From: an uncultured delta proteobacterium | GTDB lineage: Bacteria > Desulfobacterota > Binatia > UBA9968 | Direction of reading: 5' to 3' | Length of the DNA stretch: 64,000 bases | NCBI GenBank assembly: GCA_963745835.1 | Contig: CAVUZH010000024.1 | Span: 32,001 to 96,000 of the forward strand | Part shown: positions 9,796-19,924 of the stretch, one piece after another | Layout: each line of letters opens with the position of its first letter | Numbering within the stretch: the first letter of the stretch is position 1 | Program-made: the position numbers and the translations under genes | Notes under the pieces: model-generated | What the model saw: the letters and a program-made list of their open reading frames with translations, nothing else | Databases searched by the model: none | What the model was told of the DNA's origin: nothing

Positions 9796-11271
9796 TCAAT
9801 CCGCATCCTCCAATTCACGACCCCATGTTCGCGCGATCTCAGCCATGAATTCTGGGCTAGATTCGGTTACTTGAGGGAACTCGTCAATCCAATCAAAGGG
9901 TCGACATGCGTCGAACAGCGCTCGGGAGTTGTAAGTGGGGCCGGGGTCTCGACGCATGGGATCCACCTTGCTGCCCTGAGTCTTATGTATGACTTCAATA
10001 TCTGTAGCCGGGTCCACACGAGTGCAGAGGGCCCATACGACTTCTTCTAGGTTCATATAATCGACATCCTCATCAACCACGATCACGTAACGATTCATAT
10101 ATGACGCCTCCGGACACAGTGATGTGATTGCGGCTACCTGGCGCGAATGACCACAGAAGCCTTGTTTCATCGAAACGATGATCAGAGACCTCCCTCCTCC
10201 ACATTCTGGTGCCCAGACCCCACGAATTCCCCTCAGGCCAGCTCTAACGAGGGCATCGTGAATCATGGCGGACTTCATCACTGATTTCATGTACGAGTAG
10301 TCATGGGGCGGCTTGCCAGGCGGCGCCCCTAGTAGGATAGGATTCTTTCGATGGAGCACTGTGTCCACTTCAAGGATCGGAGCCCTACTTTCTCTTTTCC
10401 CTCCGGTATAATATCCTGTCCACTCTCCAAAAGGTCCTTCACTGGCTTGCTTATCTGGATAAATCCATCCTTCTAAGACAGCTTCAGCTCCGGCGGGGAT
10501 TGGCAGGCCTGTTTTAGGTGCGGCTACAACATCTACGGGCATGCCGATCACGGCCCCAGCATAATTGTATTCCCCAATACCTAAGGGAACTTCCAGGCCG
10601 GCCAAAGCAAACAACAAAGGATCATGTCCCAAAGAAATGGCTATAGGGCATCGGCCTTCTCGCGCCCACCACTTTTCATAATGCATGCGGCCCTGCTTGC
10701 CGGCGCCGATGAGCACGGAAACATGCTTCTCATCCAATATCATAATCCGGTATGCCCCTAGATTGACCCAGCCTGAATCCGGATCGCGTGTTACCACTGC
10801 GCAACCCGTACCGATATAACGGCCACCGTCTTTCTCGTGCCAAATTGGAGCTGGAAATTCGAAAAGGTTTATGTCCCCATTTTCATGAACCTCCTCAAAG
10901 GCGGGTGCCGTTGTAACCATATGTGGTGGAAAATTCTGCGCACCCTGTTCCCATGCAAGAGGTTTACCTCGAAGCGCCTCTATCAGTCCTCTATCGTCTA
11001 ATTCAGTTGACAGACGAAAGGTAAGCGCCATTCGACGTACGCTACCCATTGACGCCGTTAAGATTCGATAGCCTGCCGGGTAATCCTTAATCTCATCGAA
11101 AAGAAGCGCGCGGTTAGGCCGGCGCCTATAGTTCAATTGGGAGATTCCACCAATCTCCATATTCCAATTAGCGCCTTTAATAATCCTTAACTCTCCCATG
11201 CTCTCTACGGCCTTGATCCAGTCTCTAAAGTCGTTGTTTCCGCCAAGCTTAATTGGCCTCACCTCTCCCAC
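9796..11271 (-). CDS. UbiD-family (prFMN-dependent) decarboxylase 1
   Basis: DGGRYI, NLGAYR, EGPFGEWTGYY and VVDEDVD motifs. GTG 11271 follows a GAGGAG SD (the ORF track starts at 11358). Confidence 0.92.
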   Translation of the reverse strand: MGEVRPIKLGGNNDFRDWIKAVESMGELRIIKGANWNMEIGGISQLNYRRRPNRALLFDEIKDYPAGYRILTASMGSVRRMALTFRLSTELDDRGLIEALRGKPLAWEQGAQNFPPHMVTTAPAFEEVHENGDINLFEFPAPIWHEKDGGRYIGTGCAVVTRDPDSGWVNLGAYRIMILDEKHVSVLIGAGKQGRMHYEKWWAREGRCPIAISLGHDPLLFALAGLEVPLGIGEYNYAGAVIGMPVDVVAAPKTGLPIPAGAEAVLEGWIYPDKQASEGPFGEWTGYYTGGKRESRAPILEVDTVLHRKNPILLGAPPGKPPHDYSYMKSVMKSAMIHDALVRAGLRGIRGVWAPECGGGRSLIIVSMKQGFCGHSRQVAAITSLCPEASYMNRYVIVVDEDVDYMNLEEVVWALCTRVDPATDIEVIHKTQGSKVDPMRRDPGPTYNSRALFDACRPFDWIDEFPQVTESSPEFMAEIARTWGRELEDAD

Positions 11272-11433
11272 AGTACGCTCCTCGCCATTGCTGCTCGATT
11301 TTGAACTGGGAACAATCGTCTTTGTGATCTCTTTCGATAGATTCTGAGGCATGAACAATCCTTTCTGCGTTATCGCTCGAAGGCGTCGGTGTCAAAAGCC
11401 TAGACAAGCTCCTTAGGGGAGCTATATCGTGGC

Positions 11434-12567
11434 CTACCCACCGCTAAGTCCAGCGGCAATGATTTTGCTGGCCGTTTCGCCAAATTGGTCATGGATCTCA
11501 AACTCCTTTCGACTGGCAGGAGCCAACACTTTTGCGTTAGGAGCACGCTCCTTGATCAACTTATTGAGCGGCGACAATTCATGCGATACTCGGAAGCTGA
11601 AATCCAACTTCTCGGCGATTGCTATACCATCCATTGCAAACCAAGCGATAAACAGCCTGGCAAGATTCTTATGTTGCGACTTTCTTGTTAGTAAGAGACC
11701 TTGCGGCAAGACGGGAATATAGTCTCCTTGCGCTTCTAACCCATAGGTTTTCCAATCAACTGGAGCTCCCTTTGCCTTTAGTCGCTCAGCTTCATGAATG
11801 CTGCCAAAACCGACCGGCGCTTCGCCTGCCGCGACTGCGTTGTTTACCGCGGGGGTGCCTTTCTTGTAGATAGGTTTATTCGACATTACCTTTTTCATTG
11901 CATTTATTGTGCGGTCCTCTCCCCATCTGAGAACAAACAAATCCCATGGCGAACTTCCAGTATTGCTCATGATAAATTTTCTCGACCATTGTGGTTGGCT
12001 GAGATTCTCAACGAGATCCGGGACCTGACCAGCTTTGAGTTGTTGTGTATTAAAAATGAAGCTGCGAGTGGCATCAAACAAAGCAACCCACTTTCCCTTC
12101 AGCTCCACAGGCACTCTTTCAACAGCTGCTTCTTTGATCGTCGGAAACTCCTCGCTAAAGGCTGCTACCCAATCATAAGCTTCGAGGAGACCTGCTTCGT
12201 CTATATCCGACAGAGAATTATGACTTCCGAAAACTACGTCGGGACCGCTTCTGCCGGCTCGAGTTTCTGCTACGATGCGAGCAACTGTGTCACGAGGATG
12301 AAGCGGAAGCCGTTCAAACTTTAGCTCACCTAAACCGTATTTTTTCGCGAAGGTATCTACTAGAATTTGCCAGGTCTTATCGTCCCTAGGATTCGAGGCC
12401 CAAATCACAAAACTTCCCGTAGTTTCCTTCTTCGCTTCCACCAAGACGTGCTTAAATCTGAGGGGTTGTGCATCAGTTCTTGTTGCATCAACATTCGACA
12501 GAAAGGACCAGATTAAGGTCAAAACGACAATTTTGATGGGCCCATTTTGGAACATTTTCTCCCCCAT
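11434..12567 (-). CDS. ABC substrate-binding protein, paralog 1
   Basis: Signal-like N-terminus; WASNPRDDKT, EARAG-like ETRAGRSGPDVV and GSIHEAERLK motifs. Confidence 0.85.
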   Translation of the reverse strand: MGEKMFQNGPIKIVVLTLIWSFLSNVDATRTDAQPLRFKHVLVEAKKETTGSFVIWASNPRDDKTWQILVDTFAKKYGLGELKFERLPLHPRDTVARIVAETRAGRSGPDVVFGSHNSLSDIDEAGLLEAYDWVAAFSEEFPTIKEAAVERVPVELKGKWVALFDATRSFIFNTQQLKAGQVPDLVENLSQPQWSRKFIMSNTGSSPWDLFVLRWGEDRTINAMKKVMSNKPIYKKGTPAVNNAVAAGEAPVGFGSIHEAERLKAKGAPVDWKTYGLEAQGDYIPVLPQGLLLTRKSQHKNLARLFIAWFAMDGIAIAEKLDFSFRVSHELSPLNKLIKERAPNAKVLAPASRKEFEIHDQFGETASKIIAAGLSGG

Positions 12568-12880
12568 TCTGCTTGTAAAATCGGAAGCGTCAAAAATGAA
12601 ATCCGATCGCGTTGAAGTACTCCAGGTGCAGCACTAATGAGTTCAATGGATCACCATAGTCAATTTCCCGGAATGAACGTCGGCAACCGCCAAACCGATC
12701 GCTTCGATGCCCGGCGAGATGGGTGCGTTTTCGTTTCCTCCCTTCGGAGGACAGTTCCTCTACCCACAGCTGAATCTAGCATCAGCCATTTTCTCGGCAG
12801 TTCTCCGCAATTTTTCTGAACTCAAAAACTTTCATTTGGCTGACACCTTCATTGTCACAGGACGGCTCCATCTCGCCAGC

Positions 12881-14620
12881 TCAACCCGCAGTCTCGGTTT
12901 TGCGCGAAGTGTAAATTTGAATTGGGAGCACCAACGCAAGCAAACTGCCGACCATGAGGATCAGAAGTGCACAGGCCGAAGGTACGTCTCCGAAGCTCCA
13001 GAGTAGCCAAAGCATTGAGCTGACAACAACGCTATCGGGAGACATAAGGACGAGTACCATCGTCAGATCCCGCATGCTGTGAGCAACAATCCAAAGCCAG
13101 CCGTTTATGAAATGCGGACGGAGCATAGGCAAAAGGATCTTGCGCATCATGGTGATCCAGGAGCTACCACAAGCGGTTGCCGCATTTTCAAGTTCAGGAT
13201 GAATTTGAATGAGACCGGCATTCATGGTTCGGGTTCCGAAAGCCAGATAGGCGGTGATCTGAGCAATGATGATGATCCAAATGGTTCCGTAAAGTGGCGT
13301 ACGGATGTACAGTAATAGGATTGCGATGGCGATCACGATGTTTGGAATTGCCAATGGCGCAAAGGCGAGAATGTCTAACAAGCGGCCGATCGAGAGCTTG
13401 GTCCTTGTAGAAAACCAGCTGATCAGACTCGATAGCACCATCGTGACAGTTGAGACCGTGAAAACCAGCAAAAAAGTGTTGCCAAGGGAGCGACGTATGG
13501 TGACACTTTCGAAGAGTGAGCGATAGTTATCTAAAGTTAGAGCACCGATCGCCTTAGTCGATGGCACCTGGTAAAACGGCAAGAGACTGGTCCAAATCAA
13601 GATCAACAAAGGTAGAACCATCAAACCAAAATAAACGGCCACGAAGACTAAAGCCGGGTATCGCCAAGGACCCAGCTTGATGCGCCGAGGCCGAAAGCCT
13701 TTACCGGTAACGACCCGAAACTGTTCGCTTACACGGGTGGCGCGATAATACCCCCACATCAACAGAAGGGCCAAAACGAGCAGGCCTATACCAAAGGCAG
13801 CAGCCAACCCATAATTGGGGGTTCCACCTTCGGGGCTGCTCAAGACGTAAATGTAGACGCTCAAAACCGGTACGCCGGCGGTTAGCCCGATGGCTAACGG
13901 GCCTTCAAACGCCTGTACCATAATCATCAGCATGTAAATTCCGATGGACAAAATTCCCGGAGTCAATAGCGGCAGCGTTATACGTCGAATGGTACGGATG
14001 AAATTGGCACCGGATACCGCCCCTGCATCCTCCAACTGGGGATCCATGTTGCGAAAGACCCCGCTTAGCATCACAAACATAGTCGGAACAATGCCAGTCC
14101 CCGCGATGAAGATCATCATCCACAAAGTGTAGACGTCCACCGGCGATGTTTCTAATCCAAGCAAATTCTTGAGAAAGATATTAAGCGCTCCGTTGTTGGG
14201 GTTGAATAGGAGTATCCAGCCGAACACAAAAGCTAGGGGCGGAACTGGCATCTTTGCGAAAGTCATCACACGGATTGTGGTCCGTAGCGGAAGGTCGGTT
14301 CGCTCCAAAAGCCAAGCTAAGAAGCAGGCAATAACGAGCCCTAAGAGAACGCTGCCGCTAGCATAAAGAACCGTGTTGTAGAGAAGCCGTAATGTGGCGG
14401 GATTTACGTACGCAACTACGAAATTGTTTAAGGTGAACTCGACAGTGTCGAATGGAAGTTTGCCCGGCGGTAAGAAACTCGTTCGAAACAGAATCAGCAA
14501 AGGGGCTATTACGAGAAACCCGGTGATAAGCGTAATGACGGGAAGGGCGAGTTTCTGTTGCGTGATTCCGCTCCGACTGATGCCTTTCGTGTCTAGCTCT
14601 TGTAGATTTGCCGTCGCCAT
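12881..14620 (-). CDS. ABC transporter permease (FbpB/ThiP-type, duplicated TM domain)
   Basis: About 12 TM segments and two EAA loops (LEDAGAVSGA, LENAATACGS). Confidence 0.92.
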   Translation of the reverse strand: MATANLQELDTKGISRSGITQQKLALPVITLITGFLVIAPLLILFRTSFLPPGKLPFDTVEFTLNNFVVAYVNPATLRLLYNTVLYASGSVLLGLVIACFLAWLLERTDLPLRTTIRVMTFAKMPVPPLAFVFGWILLFNPNNGALNIFLKNLLGLETSPVDVYTLWMMIFIAGTGIVPTMFVMLSGVFRNMDPQLEDAGAVSGANFIRTIRRITLPLLTPGILSIGIYMLMIMVQAFEGPLAIGLTAGVPVLSVYIYVLSSPEGGTPNYGLAAAFGIGLLVLALLLMWGYYRATRVSEQFRVVTGKGFRPRRIKLGPWRYPALVFVAVYFGLMVLPLLILIWTSLLPFYQVPSTKAIGALTLDNYRSLFESVTIRRSLGNTFLLVFTVSTVTMVLSSLISWFSTRTKLSIGRLLDILAFAPLAIPNIVIAIAILLLYIRTPLYGTIWIIIIAQITAYLAFGTRTMNAGLIQIHPELENAATACGSSWITMMRKILLPMLRPHFINGWLWIVAHSMRDLTMVLVLMSPDSVVVSSMLWLLWSFGDVPSACALLILMVGSLLALVLPIQIYTSRKTETAG

Positions 14621-14648
14621 TTATCTATTAGTATTTTCCGCGAAACGG

Positions 14649-15752
14649 TTATACCTTCCCCACGATCACTAATCGATCCGTCGGGAGATGGAGATAGACC
14701 TTCTCGCCAACCTTAAATTCAAGATAAGGATCAAGCATTACTCGTAGGATCTCGTCGTTGCCAGCCTTGACCTGGCATTCGAGAAGATCCCCGATAAAGT
14801 TGACTGTCTGGATGGTCCCAGCGATATTATTAGCGGTCTCCTTGAACGGCGTTCGAGCCACATGGATGCCTGATGGACGGACAGCCAACAACACCGTGTC
14901 TCCTACTGTGATCGGTTGCTTTAATGCGCATTGGATATGACCCACCTTAGTCTCAATCACAGCGAACGTAGAAGCGTTTGTTAAGTCGATGACCTGCCCT
15001 TTTATGAAATTGCTCTTGCCAAGAAAATCTGCAACAAAGCGATCCTTTGGAGCAAGAAAGATCTCTCTAGGGGTTCCCTCCTGAACAATGCGACCGCTCT
15101 GCATCACGGCGATTCTGTCCGACATCGATAGAGCTTCTAGCTGGTCGTGAGTCACGTAAAGAGTGGTAATTTTTAGACGAGAAACCAAATCTCTGATCTC
15201 AAAACGCATCTCTTCACGCAGTTTAGCGTCGAGGTTGCTTAGCGGTTCGTCGAGGAGTAGGAGTTTGGGTTCTTGCACAATAGCTCGCGCCAAGGCTACT
15301 CGTTGTTGCTGACCACCACTTAAGAACGGCGATGGACGGTTGGCTAGCTCACCCAGCTGAACCAACCCGAGAGCTCTGGTTACGCGCTCTGAAACGAGAC
15401 TTTTGGTTATGCGTTGCCGACCGTATAACAAGGGAAAGGCAACGTTATCGAAAACCGTCATGTGAGGCCAGATAGCATAGGATTGGAACACCATGCCTAT
15501 ATCTCGACGATGGGCGGGAACGATCAAGTTTTGATCGCTGGAAAAGACTGGTTGATTATCCATTATGATTGCGCCTTCGTCGGGAGTTTCTAAGCCGGCG
15601 ATGCATTGCAAGGTAGTTGTTTTCCCACAACCGCTCGGTCCCAGCAAAGTGTAGAATTCTCCCTGCTTGATCTCGTAGCTGACACCGTCGATAGCCCGGA
15701 CTTGTCCGGTGTCCGTGGAGAATACTTTGCGAAGGTTTTTTACAGTTAACAT
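14649..15752 (-). CDS. ABC transporter ATP-binding protein (FbpC/PotA-type, TOBE domain)
   Basis: GPSGCGKT, LSGGQQQR, LLLDEP and VTHD motifs. Confidence 0.95.
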   Translation of the reverse strand: MLTVKNLRKVFSTDTGQVRAIDGVSYEIKQGEFYTLLGPSGCGKTTTLQCIAGLETPDEGAIIMDNQPVFSSDQNLIVPAHRRDIGMVFQSYAIWPHMTVFDNVAFPLLYGRQRITKSLVSERVTRALGLVQLGELANRPSPFLSGGQQQRVALARAIVQEPKLLLLDEPLSNLDAKLREEMRFEIRDLVSRLKITTLYVTHDQLEALSMSDRIAVMQSGRIVQEGTPREIFLAPKDRFVADFLGKSNFIKGQVIDLTNASTFAVIETKVGHIQCALKQPITVGDTVLLAVRPSGIHVARTPFKETANNIAGTIQTVNFIGDLLECQVKAGNDEILRVMLDPYLEFKVGEKVYLHLPTDRLVIVGKV

Positions 15753-15828
15753 TTGTTTTCGTCAGTTGATTCGTGCGCCAACGTTGCGAAAACAGCGGTT
15801 CTTAATTCATGGCCGAGAGTGTCGGAAT

Positions 15829-17121
15829 TCACTGGCGAGCAGGATTTCGTATCTGTCCATCGACGACTTCCATCCGGCCCCCGATCAGAACATGTACGGG
15901 ATGCTTTAGACTATCAAGCCGTCTTAGGGGATCGCCCTCAACGACTAGAATGTCGGCCAACTTCCCGCGACCGACAATGCCAAGGTAAGATTGCCGTAGC
16001 GCATGCGCGCTGCCGCTAGTGCCCGCCACGATAATGTCCATAGGTGAGAGCCCTGCCTCAAGTAGATGGCCTAATTCACGATGGTACGTGATAGCGCCAA
16101 AATCAGTATCGGTTCCAGTTACGATTGGGCCGCCGATCTTATGGTAATAACCGATCCACTGTTTGGCGCGTTCCAGCCCTTCACGCCAATCATTCCGTAT
16201 TTCTTCGGTCCATTCCTTGCAGATGTCGGCTTTCATCTGCTGGAAGCTCTGCTTTAATTCTTCGGGTGATTCCCGATATTGCGGTTCCGTCTCAAGTGAC
16301 GCCTGCAGAAATCCAGCCCAATGCTCAAACGAGACCAGTCCCGGAGCCCACTCAATCTGGTGCTCGGCGAGTGTTCCCAAGATTTCTTGCATCGCACCTG
16401 TCGGCGCGGTGGCCCAAAGCCGTCCCAGCATTCCGAGGCGATGGGAGACGGAGCGGTAGCCGTGCAAAGTTGCATCGTCAAAAATTGGGCTTTCCGGGAT
16501 TCGTGATGTATTCTCAAGACCGTCAATGCCGACCTGAGCCGCTTCGCGTGCGCTCAAGTTGTAGACTTGACCCGTCACCGGCCGGCCGTGTGAATGAGCA
16601 ACGTCTAACATGGCACGCAAACAGTCAGCATCGATTCTTCGAGCGGCGAAAAGAGCATCGACATGTTCGTCTCTGATGAGCCGTTCAGCCTCACGAACTG
16701 CTTCTGCTGGGCTGTTGACAACAAGAGCGCTCTGCGGTCTAGCAGTGGGAGGGGAGTCCATCGTTGGACCAACGGAAAAAATACGCGGGCCGATCAATTC
16801 ACCGCACCGTATTCGGTCACGCAATTTCAGGATCGACGCTTGTTTGCCACCGGCAAAACGGATTGAGGTAATACCGCGTTGCGGGAACAGCGCTTTGTCC
16901 CATTCATTGAGCGTATGCTGGTGTAAGTCAATCAAACCCGGCAAAACTGTTCGATCCTTGGCATCCAGCACAATGGCGTTCTCAGGGATGAGTGTCCCGA
17001 TGCGGGAGCCAACAAAGGAAACATGGGCACCCCGGACGATCACAGCCGTGTCTGGGATAGGTTTCGCACCCGTTCCGTCAATTAGCGTACCGCCAACTAT
17101 CGCTATTGTATCGGCACCCAC
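15829..17121 (-). CDS. Amidohydrolase-superfamily protein
   Basis: GGTLIDGTG, PGLIDLHQH, TGTD and GKLADILVV motifs. Confidence 0.85.
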   Translation of the reverse strand: MGADTIAIVGGTLIDGTGAKPIPDTAVIVRGAHVSFVGSRIGTLIPENAIVLDAKDRTVLPGLIDLHQHTLNEWDKALFPQRGITSIRFAGGKQASILKLRDRIRCGELIGPRIFSVGPTMDSPPTARPQSALVVNSPAEAVREAERLIRDEHVDALFAARRIDADCLRAMLDVAHSHGRPVTGQVYNLSAREAAQVGIDGLENTSRIPESPIFDDATLHGYRSVSHRLGMLGRLWATAPTGAMQEILGTLAEHQIEWAPGLVSFEHWAGFLQASLETEPQYRESPEELKQSFQQMKADICKEWTEEIRNDWREGLERAKQWIGYYHKIGGPIVTGTDTDFGAITYHRELGHLLEAGLSPMDIIVAGTSGSAHALRQSYLGIVGRGKLADILVVEGDPLRRLDSLKHPVHVLIGGRMEVVDGQIRNPARQ

Positions 17122-17176
17122 AAGCTACAACTGTCCTATAGTATTAAACCGTCGCTAACTCACTTGCCGCGGTTTG

Positions 17177-18151
17177 TCATACGTAAGGAAGCACTTCTTC
17201 CATACATCGCTTAAGTAATCCCATTTGGTCCCAGCCCGTCAAACGCATGGTGATCATTTTGATTCCAACATCTATATACTGTCGCAGTCGAGTGATGCAT
17301 TGCTCCGGCGATCCGTATGCTAACCAGCTCTCCACGACCTCGGGTTTAAAATTCGTCATGTAGTAGGCGTTAAGAAAGCGGGTGGATTCCTCGAAGGCTG
17401 CTTTGCGGTCCTCGTTAATGTTGATGTTGTAATATAGAGCGGTGCTCAGGGTGTCTGGATCACGCCCGTACTCCCGCATAAAGCCGGAAATAGACTTCAG
17501 TGTCGATCGGTAGTCTTCGGGATTTCCTTGAGCAGCCATATAGCCGTCCGCCATCCGCGCTGTGCGTCGCTGCGCTCGCTCGATAAATTTCGGCATACCT
17601 TTGTGAGAGTGGGCAATCCATATCGGCGGTCGCGGTTTCTGTGCAGGCTTGGGTTCAACGGTAACATCCTCAAAATTGTAGTAGTTTCCCTTGAAGCTTA
17701 CGTGATCCTCGCTCCATAGACGTTTGAAGATTTCAATCTGTTCCTCCATTCGCGGAGCGCGATCCTTGCGTTCCATATTGTAAGTGTGCGCCTCTTTGCC
17801 TTGGGCATCCGCGGAACCCAGACCCGTGCAGGCGACGAAGACTGTGCGTCCCGCCGAAATCAGGTCTAGACTAGCCCATTGAGTCGCTAAGGTAATCGGA
17901 TGTCTTAGTGCCATACTGGCCATACACGCGGGACCCATCTTGACCCTTTTGGTGCGTGCAGCGACAGCCGAGAGCAGCGCCACAGCTTCAAGCCGAGGTT
18001 TGGCAAGGATGCTATCGCCAACCCACACCCAATCGTAAACGCTTGACGTGTCGGCTATCTCGCTCATCTGTAACATCTGCTCAACAGTGGTTACGCCGAT
18101 GACGACGCCTCGATTCGCGAGGGTCAGTCCGAACTGGACGTTGTTAGCCAT
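17177..18151 (-). CDS. LLM-class (luciferase-like) flavin-dependent oxidoreductase
   Basis: WVWVGDS, LLSAVAARTKRVKMG, WASLDLISAGR and PKPAQKPRPPIWI motifs. Confidence 0.92.
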   Translation of the reverse strand: MANNVQFGLTLANRGVVIGVTTVEQMLQMSEIADTSSVYDWVWVGDSILAKPRLEAVALLSAVAARTKRVKMGPACMASMALRHPITLATQWASLDLISAGRTVFVACTGLGSADAQGKEAHTYNMERKDRAPRMEEQIEIFKRLWSEDHVSFKGNYYNFEDVTVEPKPAQKPRPPIWIAHSHKGMPKFIERAQRRTARMADGYMAAQGNPEDYRSTLKSISGFMREYGRDPDTLSTALYYNININEDRKAAFEESTRFLNAYYMTNFKPEVVESWLAYGSPEQCITRLRQYIDVGIKMITMRLTGWDQMGLLKRCMEEVLPYV

Positions 18152-18181
18152 GTTTCCTCCTCGTGGTTAGAGTTCGCAATT

Positions 18182-19855
18182 TTATGGTTTCTTCTTTGAG
18201 GTTTCATTTGTTTTGGCAAAGTCGCTGTGGCTGCGGTGTTGGCGTCGAAAATCATCGATGCGACTTCCTGGAGGCGTCGGCTCGCGGCGCGCCACCAGTT
18301 TCTCACCAGTCTCAAAATGTCTGCCCTCGGTCGCCAGTCTCGCCTCCTCCTGGGCTTCGGCGGTCCAAAGACCCAGCGAATAGCCGAACCAAGGATTCTT
18401 TAGTTCCAGAGTCGGTAAATCCAACTCCTTCCATAGCTCTTTAGCATGCTCCATGTACTCACGTGCCGGCAACGAAATGGGCGGAAAAGGACACTTGGCC
18501 GTCGCATCAATTAATAGAGCCGAATCTGTCTTGTCGTAACTGTTACCATCGGCGAGAAAGCGAAGAGGGCCGTGTGGAAGTGGCCGGGGCTGGATTATGC
18601 GTATATCTCGGTGCGGTTGGGAGCGATTGACGATCGCCCAGTTTACCGCCATAGGATCTTCCGCGTCGATGTCATCATCCACCGCAACGATGATCTTGGA
18701 ACGAGTTCGCGTTCCCAGTAGAGCATACATGGCATCCCATGGTTCGATGTCGCTCACTTTTTTCATTTTGATTACGCCGTACTGTCGATTGAGCAATTGT
18801 TCGTAGAACACTACCCGCTGCACGCCTTTGAATCCGTGGTGCTCGCGTAGCAGCTTCAGAGCAGAAGTTTCGTAAGCCCGCTGTTTAGTTTTGCTGCTTT
18901 CGCTGGGTGTCAGTTGGCTGATAATAGAGACCCAAATCGGCTCCCGCCGGTGCGTAATGCCGGTGACTTCAAAATAAGGTGAAAAGGTGCGCGGATCCGA
19001 GTACCCGTGGGATTCACCAAAAGAGCCTTCCGGTTCCAGCCCATCCGTATGGATCAATCCTTCAACGACGATCTCCGCATCGGCAGGAACCTCCAGGTCT
19101 ACGGTTTCCGCTTTGACAAGAGGTATCGGTGCATCTATCAAACCTCCGGCGATCGCAAGTTCGTCTATACCGTAGGGAACGGTCTGGATAGCTGCATAAG
19201 CCACTGCTACGGGACCGCCAATGACGGCTGCTGCTTCAAGTGGCTTACCTCGCGCGTTGGCTTTAGCCCAGTTAGTTGCCGTGTTATTCCCATCACCGAT
19301 ATAAAGTCCCGTGTGAAGCGGCCCTTTGATCTGAGCTCGGTACATACCCATATTTCGAGTACCGGTGTCGGGATCCTTCGTAATCCAGCAGGCGGCTGTG
19401 AAGTAAGGCGCGTTATCGAACCCTGGAGTCGATATAGGAATCGGAAATTCTTCCAGCCCACCGTGGTCAAGCAGATTTTTGCCTGTGTGAATGACTTCTT
19501 TGACTTTTCCCGTTTTGACTGATGTCGGTGCAACGGGATTCGAGAGAGCCTTATTCCAGCGAGTCACAATTTCTTCTGGAGCACACTGTAATCCCAACGC
19601 ATAAATCTCCTCAGACGCAGCCAACCCTCCGACAAGAACAGGGATCTCATAGCCTCGATCTCGCGCATCGGTGACTTTCCGAAACAGGAATGCCCGCCGT
19701 TTTTCTTCTGGCAGACCCCGGAACTGAAGCCGGACCAGAGGATGAAGCTCGCTGTCCTTATTTACAACCCTGTCGATCTCTACGAGCAAACCTTTGTCCG
19801 CCAGGGCTTTGATGTGATCGCGGAGATCACGATAGTAACCGATTGTGGGGCTCAT
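18182..19855 (-). CDS. UbiD-family decarboxylase 2
   Basis: DLRDHI, NMGMYR, VPADAEIVVEG, EGSFGESHGY and VAVDDDID motifs. Confidence 0.92.
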   Translation of the reverse strand: MSPTIGYYRDLRDHIKALADKGLLVEIDRVVNKDSELHPLVRLQFRGLPEEKRRAFLFRKVTDARDRGYEIPVLVGGLAASEEIYALGLQCAPEEIVTRWNKALSNPVAPTSVKTGKVKEVIHTGKNLLDHGGLEEFPIPISTPGFDNAPYFTAACWITKDPDTGTRNMGMYRAQIKGPLHTGLYIGDGNNTATNWAKANARGKPLEAAAVIGGPVAVAYAAIQTVPYGIDELAIAGGLIDAPIPLVKAETVDLEVPADAEIVVEGLIHTDGLEPEGSFGESHGYSDPRTFSPYFEVTGITHRREPIWVSIISQLTPSESSKTKQRAYETSALKLLREHHGFKGVQRVVFYEQLLNRQYGVIKMKKVSDIEPWDAMYALLGTRTRSKIIVAVDDDIDAEDPMAVNWAIVNRSQPHRDIRIIQPRPLPHGPLRFLADGNSYDKTDSALLIDATAKCPFPPISLPAREYMEHAKELWKELDLPTLELKNPWFGYSLGLWTAEAQEEARLATEGRHFETGEKLVARREPTPPGSRIDDFRRQHRSHSDFAKTNETSKKKP

Positions 19856-19924
19856 TTATCACTCCGTATTTGCCTATTATCCTGCTCACTGACATCATTC
19901 CACGTTGTGGAAACTATGACTGGC

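Noticed and set aside
12730-12790. CTGATG...GAAA on the minus strand, suggesting a hammerhead ribozyme
   Set aside because: The core reads CTGATGC rather than CTGANGA, and I could not build stems I-III. No known riboswitch consensus was recognised either.
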